Source of the DNA: Amoebidium appalachense
Lineage: Eukaryota > Protista > Ichthyosporea
Assembly (NCBI GenBank): GCA_963693365.1
Contig: CAVNZM010000011.1
Location: forward strand, 4,844,639-4,908,638
Reading direction: 5' to 3'
Length of the DNA: 64,000 nucleotides
Shown: positions 1 through 62,703 of the stretch, in pieces
How positions within the stretch are numbered: position 1 is the stretch's first letter
How the letters are laid out: the number at the start of each line of letters is the position of its first letter
The notes under the pieces: model-generated
Databases searched by the model: none
What the model was told of the DNA's origin: nothing
The model's input: the letters and a program-made list of their open reading frames with translations, nothing else
Program-made: the position numbers and the translations under genes

Positions 1-155
1 GGAGAAGGAAAAGAGAAAAAGAATGGCAGGGCTAGTTTCTACCTTTGTAATTAGAGATAATAAAAATCAGATGATTTAACCACACAAACACGAGCAATCA
101 AAAGGCAGGATATTTGGCCATTTAGAGTGTGTTTGGGGGCACAAAAAGCACATAC

Positions 156-19037
<18,882 letters not shown>

Positions 19038-19667
19038 TTTCAACCGGGTTTGCTCCCATCAGCTTGGGCCTGTACAAGGCAACAGACTGCAGTGTGGGCA
19101 CACACAGACACAGACAGACACACGGCCAGCACATACACACATCACACGTTCCGAGGGATTGGGGGGGAGGAGTGGAGGGGGAGGGGGGAGGGGGGGGGAG
19201 GGGGGGAGGGGGGGGGGGGGGGGGGGGGAGATACGAAAAGGAAAGAGTGGGTAAGCCGGAAAGTTAGTGCCAGACCTTGGACCATGTGCAGCTAAAACTA
19301 TGGGGAAAAATGAGGGAATGGGGCACTTTAGCAGTGTGTGATGCGTTAACGATGCTTGCTCATCTACAAACTACGAATGTGGGGGAAACCACGGAGTCCG
19401 AGAACGAGAATAGCAGAGGTTGGACATGAGTACCATGCGGTAGTGTTGGAGCGGAAACGCAGGTCTGCAGAAGAATTTGCAGACAAACGAACAAGATGGA
19501 AACGTGTATTGGTGCATTTGTGCAGGGAAGGGGGGGGAGGAGGGGGGAGGGGGGGGGGGGGAAGCATTAATTTTGGTAAGCGCATGTGTATTTGGGTGGG
19601 AGGGTGAGTGGGTGAGCGGCTGGGGAGGTGGGGGGGAAAGGGGAAGCGCAGGGGGCGAGCGTGACAA

Positions 19668-19705
<38 letters not shown>

Positions 19706-20365
19706 TGGCTGTGTGTGTGTGTAAGATTATGTGAGACTGTGAAGAGATGAATATGTGTGTGTGTGCTGCGTGCATACATGTACATGTGTACCTGCATGTT
19801 GTTTGAAATGACTATCCACTCGTGCAAGGCTTTATTTGTGTACCTATTCTTGTACATCTTGCAAGGGAAAAGTGTGAAAACAGTGTCTGAAAGCAGCAAA
19901 GAAGGGAAGGGGGTGAAAGTAAAGGGGACAGAGATGGGGGAAACGCAGCTAAACAAAGTGCAAACAGTAGGGAAATGGGCGAACGACGGAAGAAATCGCA
20001 TAAAGCAGGGGATTTTTTTTTTTTTTTTTTTCTCTTTCCAGAGGGGGGTTGGGGTGTGTGGGGACGAGGTCGAGGGAAGGGGAGGGAGGTGAAGGGGGAG
20101 GAGGGAGGGGAAGGAAACAGGGAGGGAAAGAGAAGGGAGCACGTGGTGCAGCATGACAGAGAGACAGGAGGCGGGACGGGCAGGGGGGGTAAGTGAGAAA
20201 GGGAGGAGAGAGGGGCGGGGGAAGGGGAGTCTGGGGCGCGACAGAGAGACAGGGGGAGCGGGGGGAGGGGGGGGAGGGGGGTGGGTAGGGGGGGGGGGGG
20301 GGGGGAGGGGAGAGAGAGAGAGAGAGAGGAGAGGGGGGGCGAGAGAGAGAGAGAGAAAGAGGGAG

Positions 20366-20397
<32 letters not shown>

Positions 20398-20589
20398 AGA
20401 GAGAGAGGGATGGAGGGAGAGGGAAAGGGAGAGGGAAAGGGAGAGAGAACGGGGGGGGGGGGGGGGGAGGTCGATTTTAGAAAGTAAAAAGATAGAGGAA
20501 AAAACCATGCCGTCCATCTGAGTGATGGGCCACAAAGGCACAGCAAATTACCAATCTTTGCCCTCGTCGCTCTCCGCCAGATCAATCCT

Positions 20590-21020
20590 ACAAGATCGCT
20601 ACCCAGCTCGCCCCGTGCAGAATGAGGGCTATGCTAGACTACTAGACTAGACTACGCGAGTATACTATTAATGCCTAATACCACCAACGTTACTTACAAT
20701 AGTACTGTAAGTACTAAATAGTGAAAAGCAACGGACGTTAGACAGCCAGAGCTGAAAGAGAGCTTCCCGGAGTGGCTCACGGAATAGTCTACACATGTAG
20801 ACCTTGATCACAACGATGAAATGGTTGTGACTGTCTGGCTTGTGGGTAAGGTTACGTCTGTTTAGAAAGACTACAAGAACACAACTGAGCACCGGCCTGA
20901 ACACAAAAGCTCCAAGAGCTTTTTTCAAAAAAAATCTCTCTCTGACCTTTTCGTCTGAAACCCGCACGGAAAACGTAGTAAAGCTCCTACAAAACAAAAG
21001 AATCACATTCCTTCTTTCCG
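20590..21020. promoter_or_regulatory. Putative bidirectional promoter between TSC2 (probable 5'-UTR exon ending at a GT donor near 20551) and the quinone oxidoreductase
   Basis: Microsatellite-free ~430 bp between divergently oriented genes. Inferred from layout only. Confidence 0.5.
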
Positions 21021-26233
<5,213 letters not shown>

Positions 26234-26577
26234 AATAAGTTTAAACATTTCCTGTGAAGTCTGATCTGCTTACGACCTGGAGTCGGAATAAATGTGAGCT
26301 GCACGGGTACGGGCTGGGACAAGCAGTTTAATGTTTTGCCGACTTCATTGCTTTGAAGGATGCACTACAGGGGTCACTTACTTTAAAAAGAACAGATAAA
26401 TACGGTTTAGGGTCTAAAGTCGTAAGGTTTCTTGGCCGTAGGGTTCTTTATCTTATTTCCCCCCCTCCCCCCCCCCCCCCCCCCCCCCCCCCCTTCACCG
26501 TTTTGCCTTGTGGGTCCTATCATGGGCTGCGTGAGTTTTTCTTTTCTTTTCTTTTTTTTTTTTTTTGTGGTGGTGGT

Positions 26578-26611
<34 letters not shown>

Positions 26612-26624
26612 GGGGGGGGGGGCA

Positions 26625-27150
26625 CACACACACCGTGCATCGTGACATGGAGACACACACGCACACATTGTGATACACACGTGCACACACACACACACCA
26701 CAAACACAAACACACCCAGTGACAAACGAACACACAACCCAAATATACACACAGACATGTCATGCACACATTTTCGAACAGCAGGCCCCCTCCCCTCCCC
26801 CCCCCCCACAAAAATAAATAAATAAATAAAAATAAAGAAGGAATAAAAAAATTGAACCTTTGCCAACGAGAAAAGGTACCACATCCGGACAGAGGGCCCG
26901 GGGGAAGAGGGAGGGGGAAGGGGGACACGCACACACAGTGTACCGTGGCACGGAGCCACACACACACACACCAACACATTGCGATACACACACGTGCACA
27001 CACACACACCACACACAAACACACCCAGTGACAAACGAACACAAAATCCAAATGCGCACACATTTTCGCACAGGCCCCAGAAACTCCCGCAGCCCAGAAA
27101 TAGACCGTGGCCACAGCACAGGGCGGGCGGGCGGAGGGGGAGGGGGGGCA

Positions 27151-27188
<38 letters not shown>

Positions 27189-27345
27189 ACACACAACGCG
27201 TGCACCGTGACACGGAGCCACACACACACACACACACATTATGATACACACACGTGCACACACACAGACACCACACACACAAACACACCCAGTGACAACG
27301 AACACAAAATCCAAACGTAGACACAGCGTGTTTATTCCCGACAGG
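26625..27345. repeat. Three tandem copies of a CA-rich unit separated by G-rich runs (period ~270-300 bp)
   Basis: cgtg(a/g)ca(c/t)ggag.cacaca...acatt..gatacacac..gtgcacac...aaacacacccagtgacaa(a)cgaacaca near 26640, 26944 and 27206. Confidence 0.8.
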
Positions 27346-27384
27346 ACAAAACACAAGTGATGGTGGGTGGTGGTGGCCGGTGCT

Positions 27385-27425
<41 letters not shown>

Positions 27426-28093
27426 TATTACCGTACTTAGTACCGTTGTACCATTGATACGTATTAAAGTGCCGTGTGTGCGCCATGGCCAGCCGGAGAA
27501 GAGGCCTTCTGAGTGGGGTACATAACAGTGAAGGATGCAAGCAGGTACGACCGTGATCATCGGTATACTTAGAGGAACGTGCAGGTCTAGTTCTGCAGGT
27601 ATGATATGGCTCTCCTTTTTTTCTCACCTCTGAGTCCTTCTCTTTCGGGGGGGGGTTTACACACTTCTTCCGGCCTCATATCCCGGGGTTTACACACTTT
27701 TTATCCCGCGGCCGCCAACCGGGGGACCGATTTGCGTGAACACATCTTGGACGGCGCCGTGTCCTACCCGGCTGGCAAACTATGTAGTTACTAGTCAATA
27801 AATACTTCGATCAAAAGCCATTTTTCCATCCTAATCGCTCACATCATATCGGAGGCAGTCATCCGCACTGAAACAAAGTTTTAGCACTGCAGTCTTGCAG
27901 TGCCCTGCCAATGTTTATGTTCAGTAAAGTGTTTTTGAGCTTCAAGAGTCCTGCATTATTATGATTTTTAGTACATAGCTTAGTAGGGGCAACGCCCTAA
28001 CAGTAATCTCCCTGTGCTGCACCAGTTTTTTCTTTTTCCTCTTTGCTCACCATCTGGGAATTTGTAACAGCTTGGTGGGGGCACATCAAGAAC

Positions 28094-37751
<9,658 letters not shown>

Positions 37752-37816
37752 GGTATGCAAGGCAATGGGCAATGAATTTTTGATGCAAAAATGGGGCAGT
37801 GATGCTTGTGTTGGGT

Positions 37817-37857
<41 letters not shown>

Positions 37858-37955
37858 CCCTCTCCCCCCCCCCCCCCCCCCCCTCGTGTGTTTGTTATTT
37901 GTGTTGAGGATTCAAGTACTGAAAGAAAACAAATGTGTTTATGCTTTGTGGTTTT

Positions 37956-38194
<239 letters not shown>

Positions 38195-38486
38195 CTCTTT
38201 TTTTCTCTCCTCTCTTTCCTCCCTCCTCCCTCCCTCCCTCCCTCCCTCCCTCCCTCCTTCCCCATCCCCCCTCCCCCCCCCCCCCCCCTCCTTCCCTCTC
38301 TCTTTTTTTTTTTTTCTTCTTCATCCCCCCCCCCCTCCCCCCCCCCCCCCCCCCCCCCCCCGTTTCCCCCAGGTTTTCTTCGTGCAGGGGTGGGGGGGGG
38401 GTTTTGAAAAAGGCAGGGTTGTGTGTTCATAGGTTCACACGCACACATGCATACTTGCACACATCCACACACAATACACACACGTG

Positions 38487-38533
<47 letters not shown>

Positions 38534-38535
38534 TG

Positions 38536-38595
<60 letters not shown>

Positions 38596-38599
38596 GCGC

Positions 38600-38707
<108 letters not shown>

Positions 38708-39221
38708 AGTTGAGTCAACGGTGATTGTCCTCGCTGATTTCCTTCACAAATGTCCAGCATGCGCCTGCACAACTGCACCAGAGCAGAGTTCTCGACCCAA
38801 CATTCATGATCTGCGTGTGTGCGTGCTTGTGTGCGTATGTGCGCCTCACATTTAGTGTTTTATAGAATCCTTTTGAGTCTTAACCCAATAACTCCCGTGT
38901 GTCATTGGGTGCAGGGATTTGAGGCAGCCCGTCCACTTGCCGGCTATAACGCCTCAACGAATTCCGAATGTTTTGTGTCGATGTCCGTGAATGCACCAAA
39001 ATTCGGTGTTTTTAGAGTTTCACGGCTGATGTATGTGGCGTAATTCCTTGGCTTTGATTGGTCGGTTGATGTGTGAAATATTGCTGTGTTGATGCTTGTA
39101 ATGGGTGTGTATATTATGCATGAATTGACCAACGAAACTAATTGAGGAGCAAACTTACCCCCCCCCCCCCCCCCCCCCCCTCCCCCTCCCCCCCGGGTAC
39201 TGTGGATGACGTGGGCCCCCC

Positions 39222-39326
39222 CTGAGGATGGGCTCTGCTTATTATGCATACTCTTTATGTATGGCTTGCCTTCTGCATAGTGTTACCCGTTTGTTCTTGT
39301 GTACTTCGTACTTTTTGACGCATTCC
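39222..39326 (+). repeat. C-tract repeat family C, full copy between C-runs
   Basis: ctgaggatgggctctgcttattatgcatac...gtacttcgtactttttgacgcattcca-polyC; close to the reverse complement of 12494. Confidence 0.88.
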
Positions 39327-39388
39327 ACCCCCCCCCCCCCATCACCACCACCACCACCACCACCACCACCACCACCACCACCACCACC

Positions 39389-39434
<46 letters not shown>

Positions 39435-39488
39435 CAAGACATGAAAATAGAATATATGATACATATCAGGTTTTCGGGTGGGTCTGTA

Positions 39489-39519
<31 letters not shown>

Positions 39520-39789
39520 ATCTCTATGCCTAATTAATATGCGTCCCAAGATTCATGCGTCATAGGCCTTAAAACAAGCAGGCGATTTTTTTTTTTGGCC
39601 TTCGGCTCACAGGTATTGTTGGTGGAAAGATTTGTCTTTGCCCGGTGTACGACTTAGGTTTTTCTTGGATTTTGATTCTTTCCTCCCATCCCCCTCCCCC
39701 CCCCCCCCCCCCTCCCCCCGGCAGACATTCCTTTTTTTTTTTTTTTTTTTTTTTTTTTGCCTTCTGATGGTGGTGGTGGTGTTTGTTCG

Positions 39790-39841
<52 letters not shown>

Positions 39842-40689
39842 TATACTAGGTTTTTCAATGTCCAAGATAGCACTCGCTTGTATTCTTAGCTTAGTATTAA
39901 ATTGCATTTCATTGTAAATCTTGTGCGAATGTGCGTGCACATGGCTCAACTGTTACTTAAATTTGTATGCGATCATGATTAATTAAAGTAACACCCGAAA
40001 TTTGCAGTAACATAAACCTTCTTGGCGTTGGCCAGGGCTGCATCACAATCTTTTCCAAACTCCCAACCTCCCCCCACCCCCCCCCAACACACACACACAC
40101 ACACACTCACTCACTCGCTTGCTCGCTCACACACACACACACACACACCCCTCCGCAATGACATTTCAGGGCAAGGCAACACTTTGACATAAAAAAGAAG
40201 GGAGGGGGGAGGCCGGAGGGGGGAGCGGGGGGTAATTAACTTGTTATTGGGGAGTTGGGACACGGGGTGAAGGGGGAGGGGGGGGGGACGTTGGATTTTA
40301 TCTCAGTTATTAATTTTGTTGTGTGTGTGTGTGGTGTGTGTGTATGTGTGTGTGTGTTTCTTTTGTTTTTGTTTTTGTTTTTTTTTTTGTTTGTTTTTTT
40401 TTGGGGGGGGGGGAGGTGGCACCATCAGCGAATATTAGAACCTAACTGCAAAAGGTATGACTTGTGCCATGCGTACACGGGCCTACACACACAACCTGTC
40501 TTCAATCCCCTCCTTTGTTTTGTAAGCAACATCGTTGGAAATTCAATACGCTAATCAATCAGTTCAGCTCTTGTGTCTCCAAAGCGGAACCTATATCCCC
40601 CCCCCCCCCCACCCACCCACCCACCCACGCACCCATCCCCTCTCGCCACCATACCATCTCTTCCTCCTTCCCCTGCCTCCCCTTCACCC

Positions 40690-40728
<39 letters not shown>

Positions 40729-40870
40729 CCCCTCGGATCCTCCCTCCCCATCCCCCCCGCCCCCAGGGCCCCCCTTCTCCTCTGTGTCCCCTTTCCCTCC
40801 ACTGGCTTTATTAGTCTATTGTCACACGATACTAATCTATAACATACCATGGACCTTCGAACCATCGGGA

Positions 40871-40902
<32 letters not shown>

Positions 40903-43900
40903 CTCCCGCCCACCCTCCCTCATCTCTAACTCTCCCTCTCCTTCTCGTGCTAAAGCGCGCTCTCTCTCTGCCTTTCTTGTTCAACGTTTGTTCATCACTC
41001 CAACCTTCCCCCCCCCCCTCCCCGCCCTCAAACTCCCTCCCTCCCACACCTCCAACTTCCCCCCCTCCCTCCCTTCCTTCCCCCCTCCCTCCTCCCCCCG
41101 CTCAAACACCAGGAAGAGGGGGAGGGGGGGGGGGGGGGTCTAAACATCTATATTGACTAAGATACTACTGATGTTAGCCTCGATAAATAGACTTACGATA
41201 ATAACTACTACTTGACTAACCAATCACCCAGCCTGAGGGTTCAATATAGCCGAGAGTTCTATGGTTCTTCGGGTTTCGGCGTTACATCGTTAATGATTTG
41301 CTATGCCTATAAAACATAGCCATATGGTGCAGTCCCTTTTAATGGGTTGTTAAATGTTTAGAGTTTCCACATACGTTATCCCTCCCACACATGATATCGA
41401 TGTGTTTTATTTATAGTCGTTAACAGTTACTAATGATTTTTTCCCGTAGAATCCTCTTCGATAAGTTATGATCTAAAATATCATACGTGAGTCAAACAAA
41501 ATTATTCTTTTAGTTTTTATAAAACAACTAAAAAATAGGAATATGACGGGGTACCGGTCCTAAGGCTTCCACCAGTCGATCAACAACGATCAAGGTTTTG
41601 TGTTCTAATGCGCCGTCTAAAATAAAATTTAACGTCTTCTAAAATGCAGGAAGCAGGAGTTCCTCAAAGGGATTGGGTGGCCCGCACGTATCATGTACAG
41701 CCACGTGTGGCGCCGCAGGCACATGCGCGCGCTCTCATGTGTTTGTGTATGTGTGCAGTTTGTGTGTGTGTGATTGTGTGCTTGCGTGCATGGATATGTA
41801 CATGTGCATGCGTGTGTGAATGTGTGTGTGCGAAGTGCATGTGTGTGTGTGTATGTGTGCATGACATTGTGCGTACGTACGTATGTATACACTGAGTGCG
41901 CATTCATGCATGTGTTAGTGTGTGCGTGTGGGTATGTGTGTGTTTGCATGTGCGCATGCATGCATGTGTGTGCGCGCGCACGGGTGTGTACATACGAACA
42001 TGCATATGGACCACCGTTACACAATGGCTTCTCGTAAGATTGCCTGTAACGGCCCACACACACACTGTGGAGCCTCACCATGATGCGTTATGTACGTAAA
42101 TAAGTGTGGCATGGTACTTGGTTTTAAACGTGAACGCGACAGTTTTATATGCATTAGTATAATGCAAAATACATGGGGCGTCACGTCTGTAACAACGTTT
42201 AAAGGTATCCATTTACTATATATAGGTAACTTAAAGGGTAAATTATACTAATATAGTCTCCCTATACTACCACACAGGGCGGGAAGCATATATATATTAG
42301 AACGCAAATGTTATTTACGGCAATAGTACGAAGGTGTTATACCAAATGATGCGCAAGGGGCCACTGTTCTGAACTCACCCGTTTACATGCATGCACATCA
42401 GCACACTGTGTTCGCGATCGATAGGTCCACCTCAAATTTTGGGCCAAGGAAGATGATCAGTTTATTGCTTAATGCCTCCCCCAACACCTCAAATAGTCTC
42501 TCTGACACTTAAAGGGCCATGTACACAGCCTTTCTACAAACACATTTGGTGTGTCTTTAATAACACGGAACATGCGCATATAGACATCCAAAGACACGTG
42601 TAACAGTAGACTTATCACTTGAGAAACGTGAATTGGTAGACACATGTTACATCATACAATACGGACCGTGAATATTTTAAATTGGTCACGAATAATGTAT
42701 CACAGCAACAACCAAACTTTAACTAATGATAGTCATTCTAACAGAACCTGAAAAGTACTGCCATCATTGGTCCAGCGACAACAGCATCAATATTTATTTA
42801 GTAACCATTAAAGATGCACCAAGCCGGGCAAAAAAAAAAAGAAAAACAAACAAACATTGTTTCAATATAGTATGGTGTCCAGAAGTATACATTGTAATTA
42901 ATATTGAATCAAGAATACCACAAAAGCTGGGAATAGCCTCTAATTGAAGTCGATTGCATGAAAAATTAACCGAGAAAAAAATTCATCAAGGGACCGTCAC
43001 ATATGTAGCAACCCATAGTCTTCGCATCTAATTGTCACCACATATGTATGAGGGTAGAGGCGATATTTGGACACATTGCATAGCGTAACTTGCAAGAAAA
43101 GTGCTGACTTACGGCAAAAGTCCCTACTATTCTCGCCTGACTAGCAGAGTGTACACACTACAACTAACACGGACCTGGGCACACATGCATATGACTGAGA
43201 GTATACGTGGGTGATCAGGCCACTAAACTAACAGACATCACGTGCAGAGTGGTGCTGGGGAATGCACGATGCCACAGCACTAATAGAGAGGGTAGTGTGG
43301 AGAGGTAGAAACACAGTTGCATGTTCTGTCAATCTACGTCTAATTTATTATGCTCGATTCTCACCTATTTATCTGCCGCAGGCAGATTCCATGAATACAG
43401 ATCTATCCAAAGGTATTTGCGCATCTGATTGGCAAAAACTATGAATACTATAAATCTGACCAATCATATAACGACACGTACATGAACGGAAATCAAACTG
43501 CATTCCCCTCATACGGTCCAACCGCAGACAAAACACCCGACTACACAGAAAACATGAAAAGCATGCACAACAATCGTCGGATGTGCTTTCCTCTCGCTAT
43601 CGCCAATAGCTAAACAAACTATGAATACCACACGTGCCTAATGAATAACAGAGGGCAAACAAGAGCATGCTGGATATGCTTATGAAATAAAGGGAGATAA
43701 AGCACAAATAAACGATCGTACCTAACTATGTATGCTATGTGCTCGTGCAACCTGTGTAAACCAAAGATGTGCAACTAATGAAGAATCGTGCTGTGCACGT
43801 GCGTGCGAAATTTGCATATGCCAACTCGTGCACTATTGTTGTATATTCTGGCATAACTGCTCTCCAAAAGCAATCGAATGATGTACCATAAATAGGCGTT

Positions 43901-44005
43901 CTGAGGTGCCCCACCAGACCTTTAAAATCATCGCGTACCAAATCCCTACTACAACCTGCACATCAACCCCCCCCCCCCCCCCCTAAACACACCTGGCCAA
44001 AAACA

Positions 44006-44037
<32 letters not shown>

Positions 44038-44052
44038 TTCAAATAGAAAGGA

Positions 44053-44084
<32 letters not shown>

Positions 44085-44227
44085 GGCAGAGAGGGAAAAA
44101 GAGAGAGACTGCGAGGGAGAGAACGAATCAATAACCAAAAATTGTTGTCATGTTGCCTGCCTGGTAGCATAGGTCCGTCTTTGCTCCCACTCGGCTGTGT
44201 TTGCGAATATCCAAACCCGGACCATGA

Positions 44228-48166
<3,939 letters not shown>

Positions 48167-48784
48167 GGTGGCCGTGTGGTGGCAAAACTCCCCCTGCTGC
48201 AGTGGCGAGCAGAAAATAGTGCACAAGTGGGCAGGAATGTGCTCTTGAGCTCGCAGCTGCAGGTGCTGTCACTACCACAAGAAAGTCTATCTGGTGTGTG
48301 CCCTTAACAAGAAGACAAACCTTGTTTTTCGAAGTTATCGACCATTGGCACCGGTACCGATTGGGAGCTATCCAACCCTACTGAACCTATTCAACTCCAC
48401 TGTACTACAGATAGCTACATACCGTATGTCAAAACGTATGTTCGATGTCCAAGCGAAGGTTTTCTTCTTTTTTGTTTTTTGCAGCCCCTTGAGTTATTTA
48501 TATATATATTTTTTTGGAGTGGCACTTGTGGGAGGTTGCGCGACTGGGTTGCCATGAGCATTTGGGCATTTGGCGCCAAAAAGGGAAGCCATCGATTGGA
48601 AAAAGATCACGCGGATCCAGAGGAATTCTATTTTTAGCTTTCTACATGGATATCGGGAGAGGGGGCGACAGGTAAATAGTAGAGGGTGTGGGGTGTGGGA
48701 TCATCCAAGAGGGGACGGGAGGTAAATTAGAGTAGAGTAGGGGAGAGAAGAGAGAAAGAAATCCCGGTCCCCCCAATCATGATC

Positions 48785-48815
<31 letters not shown>

Positions 48816-49400
48816 AAAAAAAAAAAAAACTCCTCCCCCCCCCCCCCCCCCCAACCCTCCCCGCCCCCCCCCCCCCCCCCCCCTTCACTCCGTACAAGTG
48901 AACGGTTCGCTTGCGCATGATATTCATCACCGAATGTTTAACGAGTTTTCTAGGGTGTATGATTATCAAAGGCGTTATCTTATCCGTATCCGAGAGTAAG
49001 GTTTTTTTGTATCTTGTTCGCTGAGATATCTCGATTGCCTCTATTTTGACGAGAATATCAATAAAGTCATTTTAAAAAAAAGATATCCATGGCCGGGAAG
49101 ACCTGAACAGCAACATATATTTAAATTTGTGGGCATGAACCCTCACGATCAGGTCCTAGGCACACCTTCTTCCTTCGAATTCGAGCTATTTGACAGGTCT
49201 CGAAACTTCACATGATTTCTTTCTGAGTTGCTTGTGCTCATGAAAGAATTGCCGAGTCTAAAACCGATTGCCCATCATAACACAGTGCCCATATTATGGG
49301 CAATGGCAAGTCTAGATATGTACAGTGCTAGTGGCTCGAGCCACGAGGAACCAATCAAAATACCTGGATAGTCGGGCCCCAACCGGGCCCCAAAATGGCT

Positions 49401-49535
49401 CAAAGGAGGTTTCTTATGTGAACCCTTTCGGGTTGGGCCAAAATGTTGTTTAACGCACATCCAGCCAACCATTCAAGCATACATCTCTTTCGGGCCATGA
49501 CCCGACCAGTATTCCTGAAAGAAAAACCCCATTTG
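49401..49535. mobile_element. Small palindromic TIR element (family E), in the probable BUD13 3' UTR
   Basis: caaaggaggtttctt..ctttcgggttgggccaaaatgttgttt...tgacccga...aagaaaaaccccatttg aligns by eye with 13068-13213. Confidence 0.55.
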
Positions 49536-49555
49536 AAAACCTGACCAGCAACCAA

Positions 49556-61187
<11,632 letters not shown>

Positions 61188-61199
61188 TTTGGCAGACCT

Positions 61200-61858
61200 T
61201 TATCACCTTCCCCAGAAATGGTAAATAAGCCTATGGAGCGTAAACTAGAACTTGAATATGCCAGCTGATGTTTCAGACCCGAAATTCAAGGATATTTCCA
61301 CAACGTATGACACAACAGCTGACTCGTGAACATGGACTTGCTCACATTTCATATCAGTAGATTTTTGCTCGTTAGTATCGCAACGGTAATGCCTCGATAA
61401 TAGCGTTCCTCGCTTGTGGGCATATATGTTTGAAAAACGATCCGCTTTCTTGTAACGATAAATGAATGGAACGAGTGGTAATAAAACCGCGATCATCAGA
61501 CCTTGATATCCATTAGTCTCACCGGCTGACCCCCCTCTGACGCAATACCATGATAGTGAGTCTCTCTGAGTGGTATCAATGATGATCTTTGCAGCCCAGG
61601 AAGCGTCGTTGTGTTTTAGTTCGTCTCCAACGATTGGTTGCCAGCAAAGACACACTCAATGTTAGCTCTATATTTGGACCAATGTGTCTAATTTTGATTG
61701 GCTTTCCTTGCTACAAATATTTATGCGAGCCACGCCAGGTATAAAATCCCTCTCGAAGACGTGGGCTTGCCAGTTTTTGTTAAGCCAAGCCTTCTGCTTT
61801 ACTGTGTTTCCAACCTACGTTTTTTTCCCTAGAAATTTCCGACGAAACATCAGAAAAA
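61200..61858. promoter_or_regulatory. Putative bidirectional promoter between BUD13 and the coactosin-like gene; TATAAAA at ~61740 and CCAAT/ATTGG motifs
   Basis: Divergent ATGs about 670 bp apart, microsatellite-free. tataaaa at 61740; attgg at 61633 and 61697; ccaat at 61679. Confidence 0.5.
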
Positions 61859-62703
61859 ATGGCAACCATCGACCCCGCCGTGACCGAGTACGTTCAAGAC
61901 GTTCGCAACGACTCAACAGAGACAAACTGGGCCGTGTTTGCGGTCGAGGGCAAGAGCGTGGTTGCTAAGGCAAAGGGCAGCACCGGTCGGGAGGGCCTTC
62001 TTGAGGAGTTCAAGAACGAGAACGTTCAGTATGCTCTTCTTCGCACCATTTCTGGTGACCAGGAGAGCAGGCGCACTAAGTTTGTCTTCATCACTTGGAT
62101 TGGCCCCAACGTGAGTGCGCTGCAGAAGGGCAAGGCCGCCACTCTCAAGTCTACGGTTGTCCCTGTCGTTGGCCAGTTCCATATCGAGGTGTGTATAACA
62201 GGCTCTCCTGTGTTGTTATCCTTGAAGCTTATCTCTGTGAATTGTTCCGTTCTTTGCCCGTAATGCTCTTTTTGTTGTGGTTGCCTGAAGGTTGTTAAAT
62301 AACTTGCTGGCTACCATTTGGAAGGTTATGTGCTTCAGAATCTTGCTGTGGCTTTTTTGTGACCTCTCCCCCTTTACAGGTCCAGACAGACGACAAGAAG
62401 TTCTTGACCGAGGAGGAAATCACCAAGAAGCTGAAGGCTGCTGGGGGTGCCGACTACGACACCGGCTCCAACAAAGGTGGCGCGTATAAGAGCGAGAGTG
62501 GAAGCATCAAGGCCAAAGCCCTGCAGTCATACCAGGAGAAGGAGAAGGAGAGCAACATCGGCCCCATCAAGTACGTCACCTCGGCCCTGCCCAACACCAC
62601 CCCGGTGGATCTGAAGGGCCGCCCGATGGTGGCTCCTCCCTCTGAGGCCATCAAGAACATGCAAGACAACGTGAATGACGTCGACAAGTGGAAGTCCGCG
62701 TAA
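61859..62703 (+). CDS. Coactosin-like ADF-H (actin-binding) protein with C-terminal extension, 2 exons
   Basis: Exons 61859-62188 and 62380-62703. Motifs: DVRNDSTETNWAVF, GDQESRRTKFVFITWIGPNVSALQKGK, KLKAAGGADY. Confidence 0.9.
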
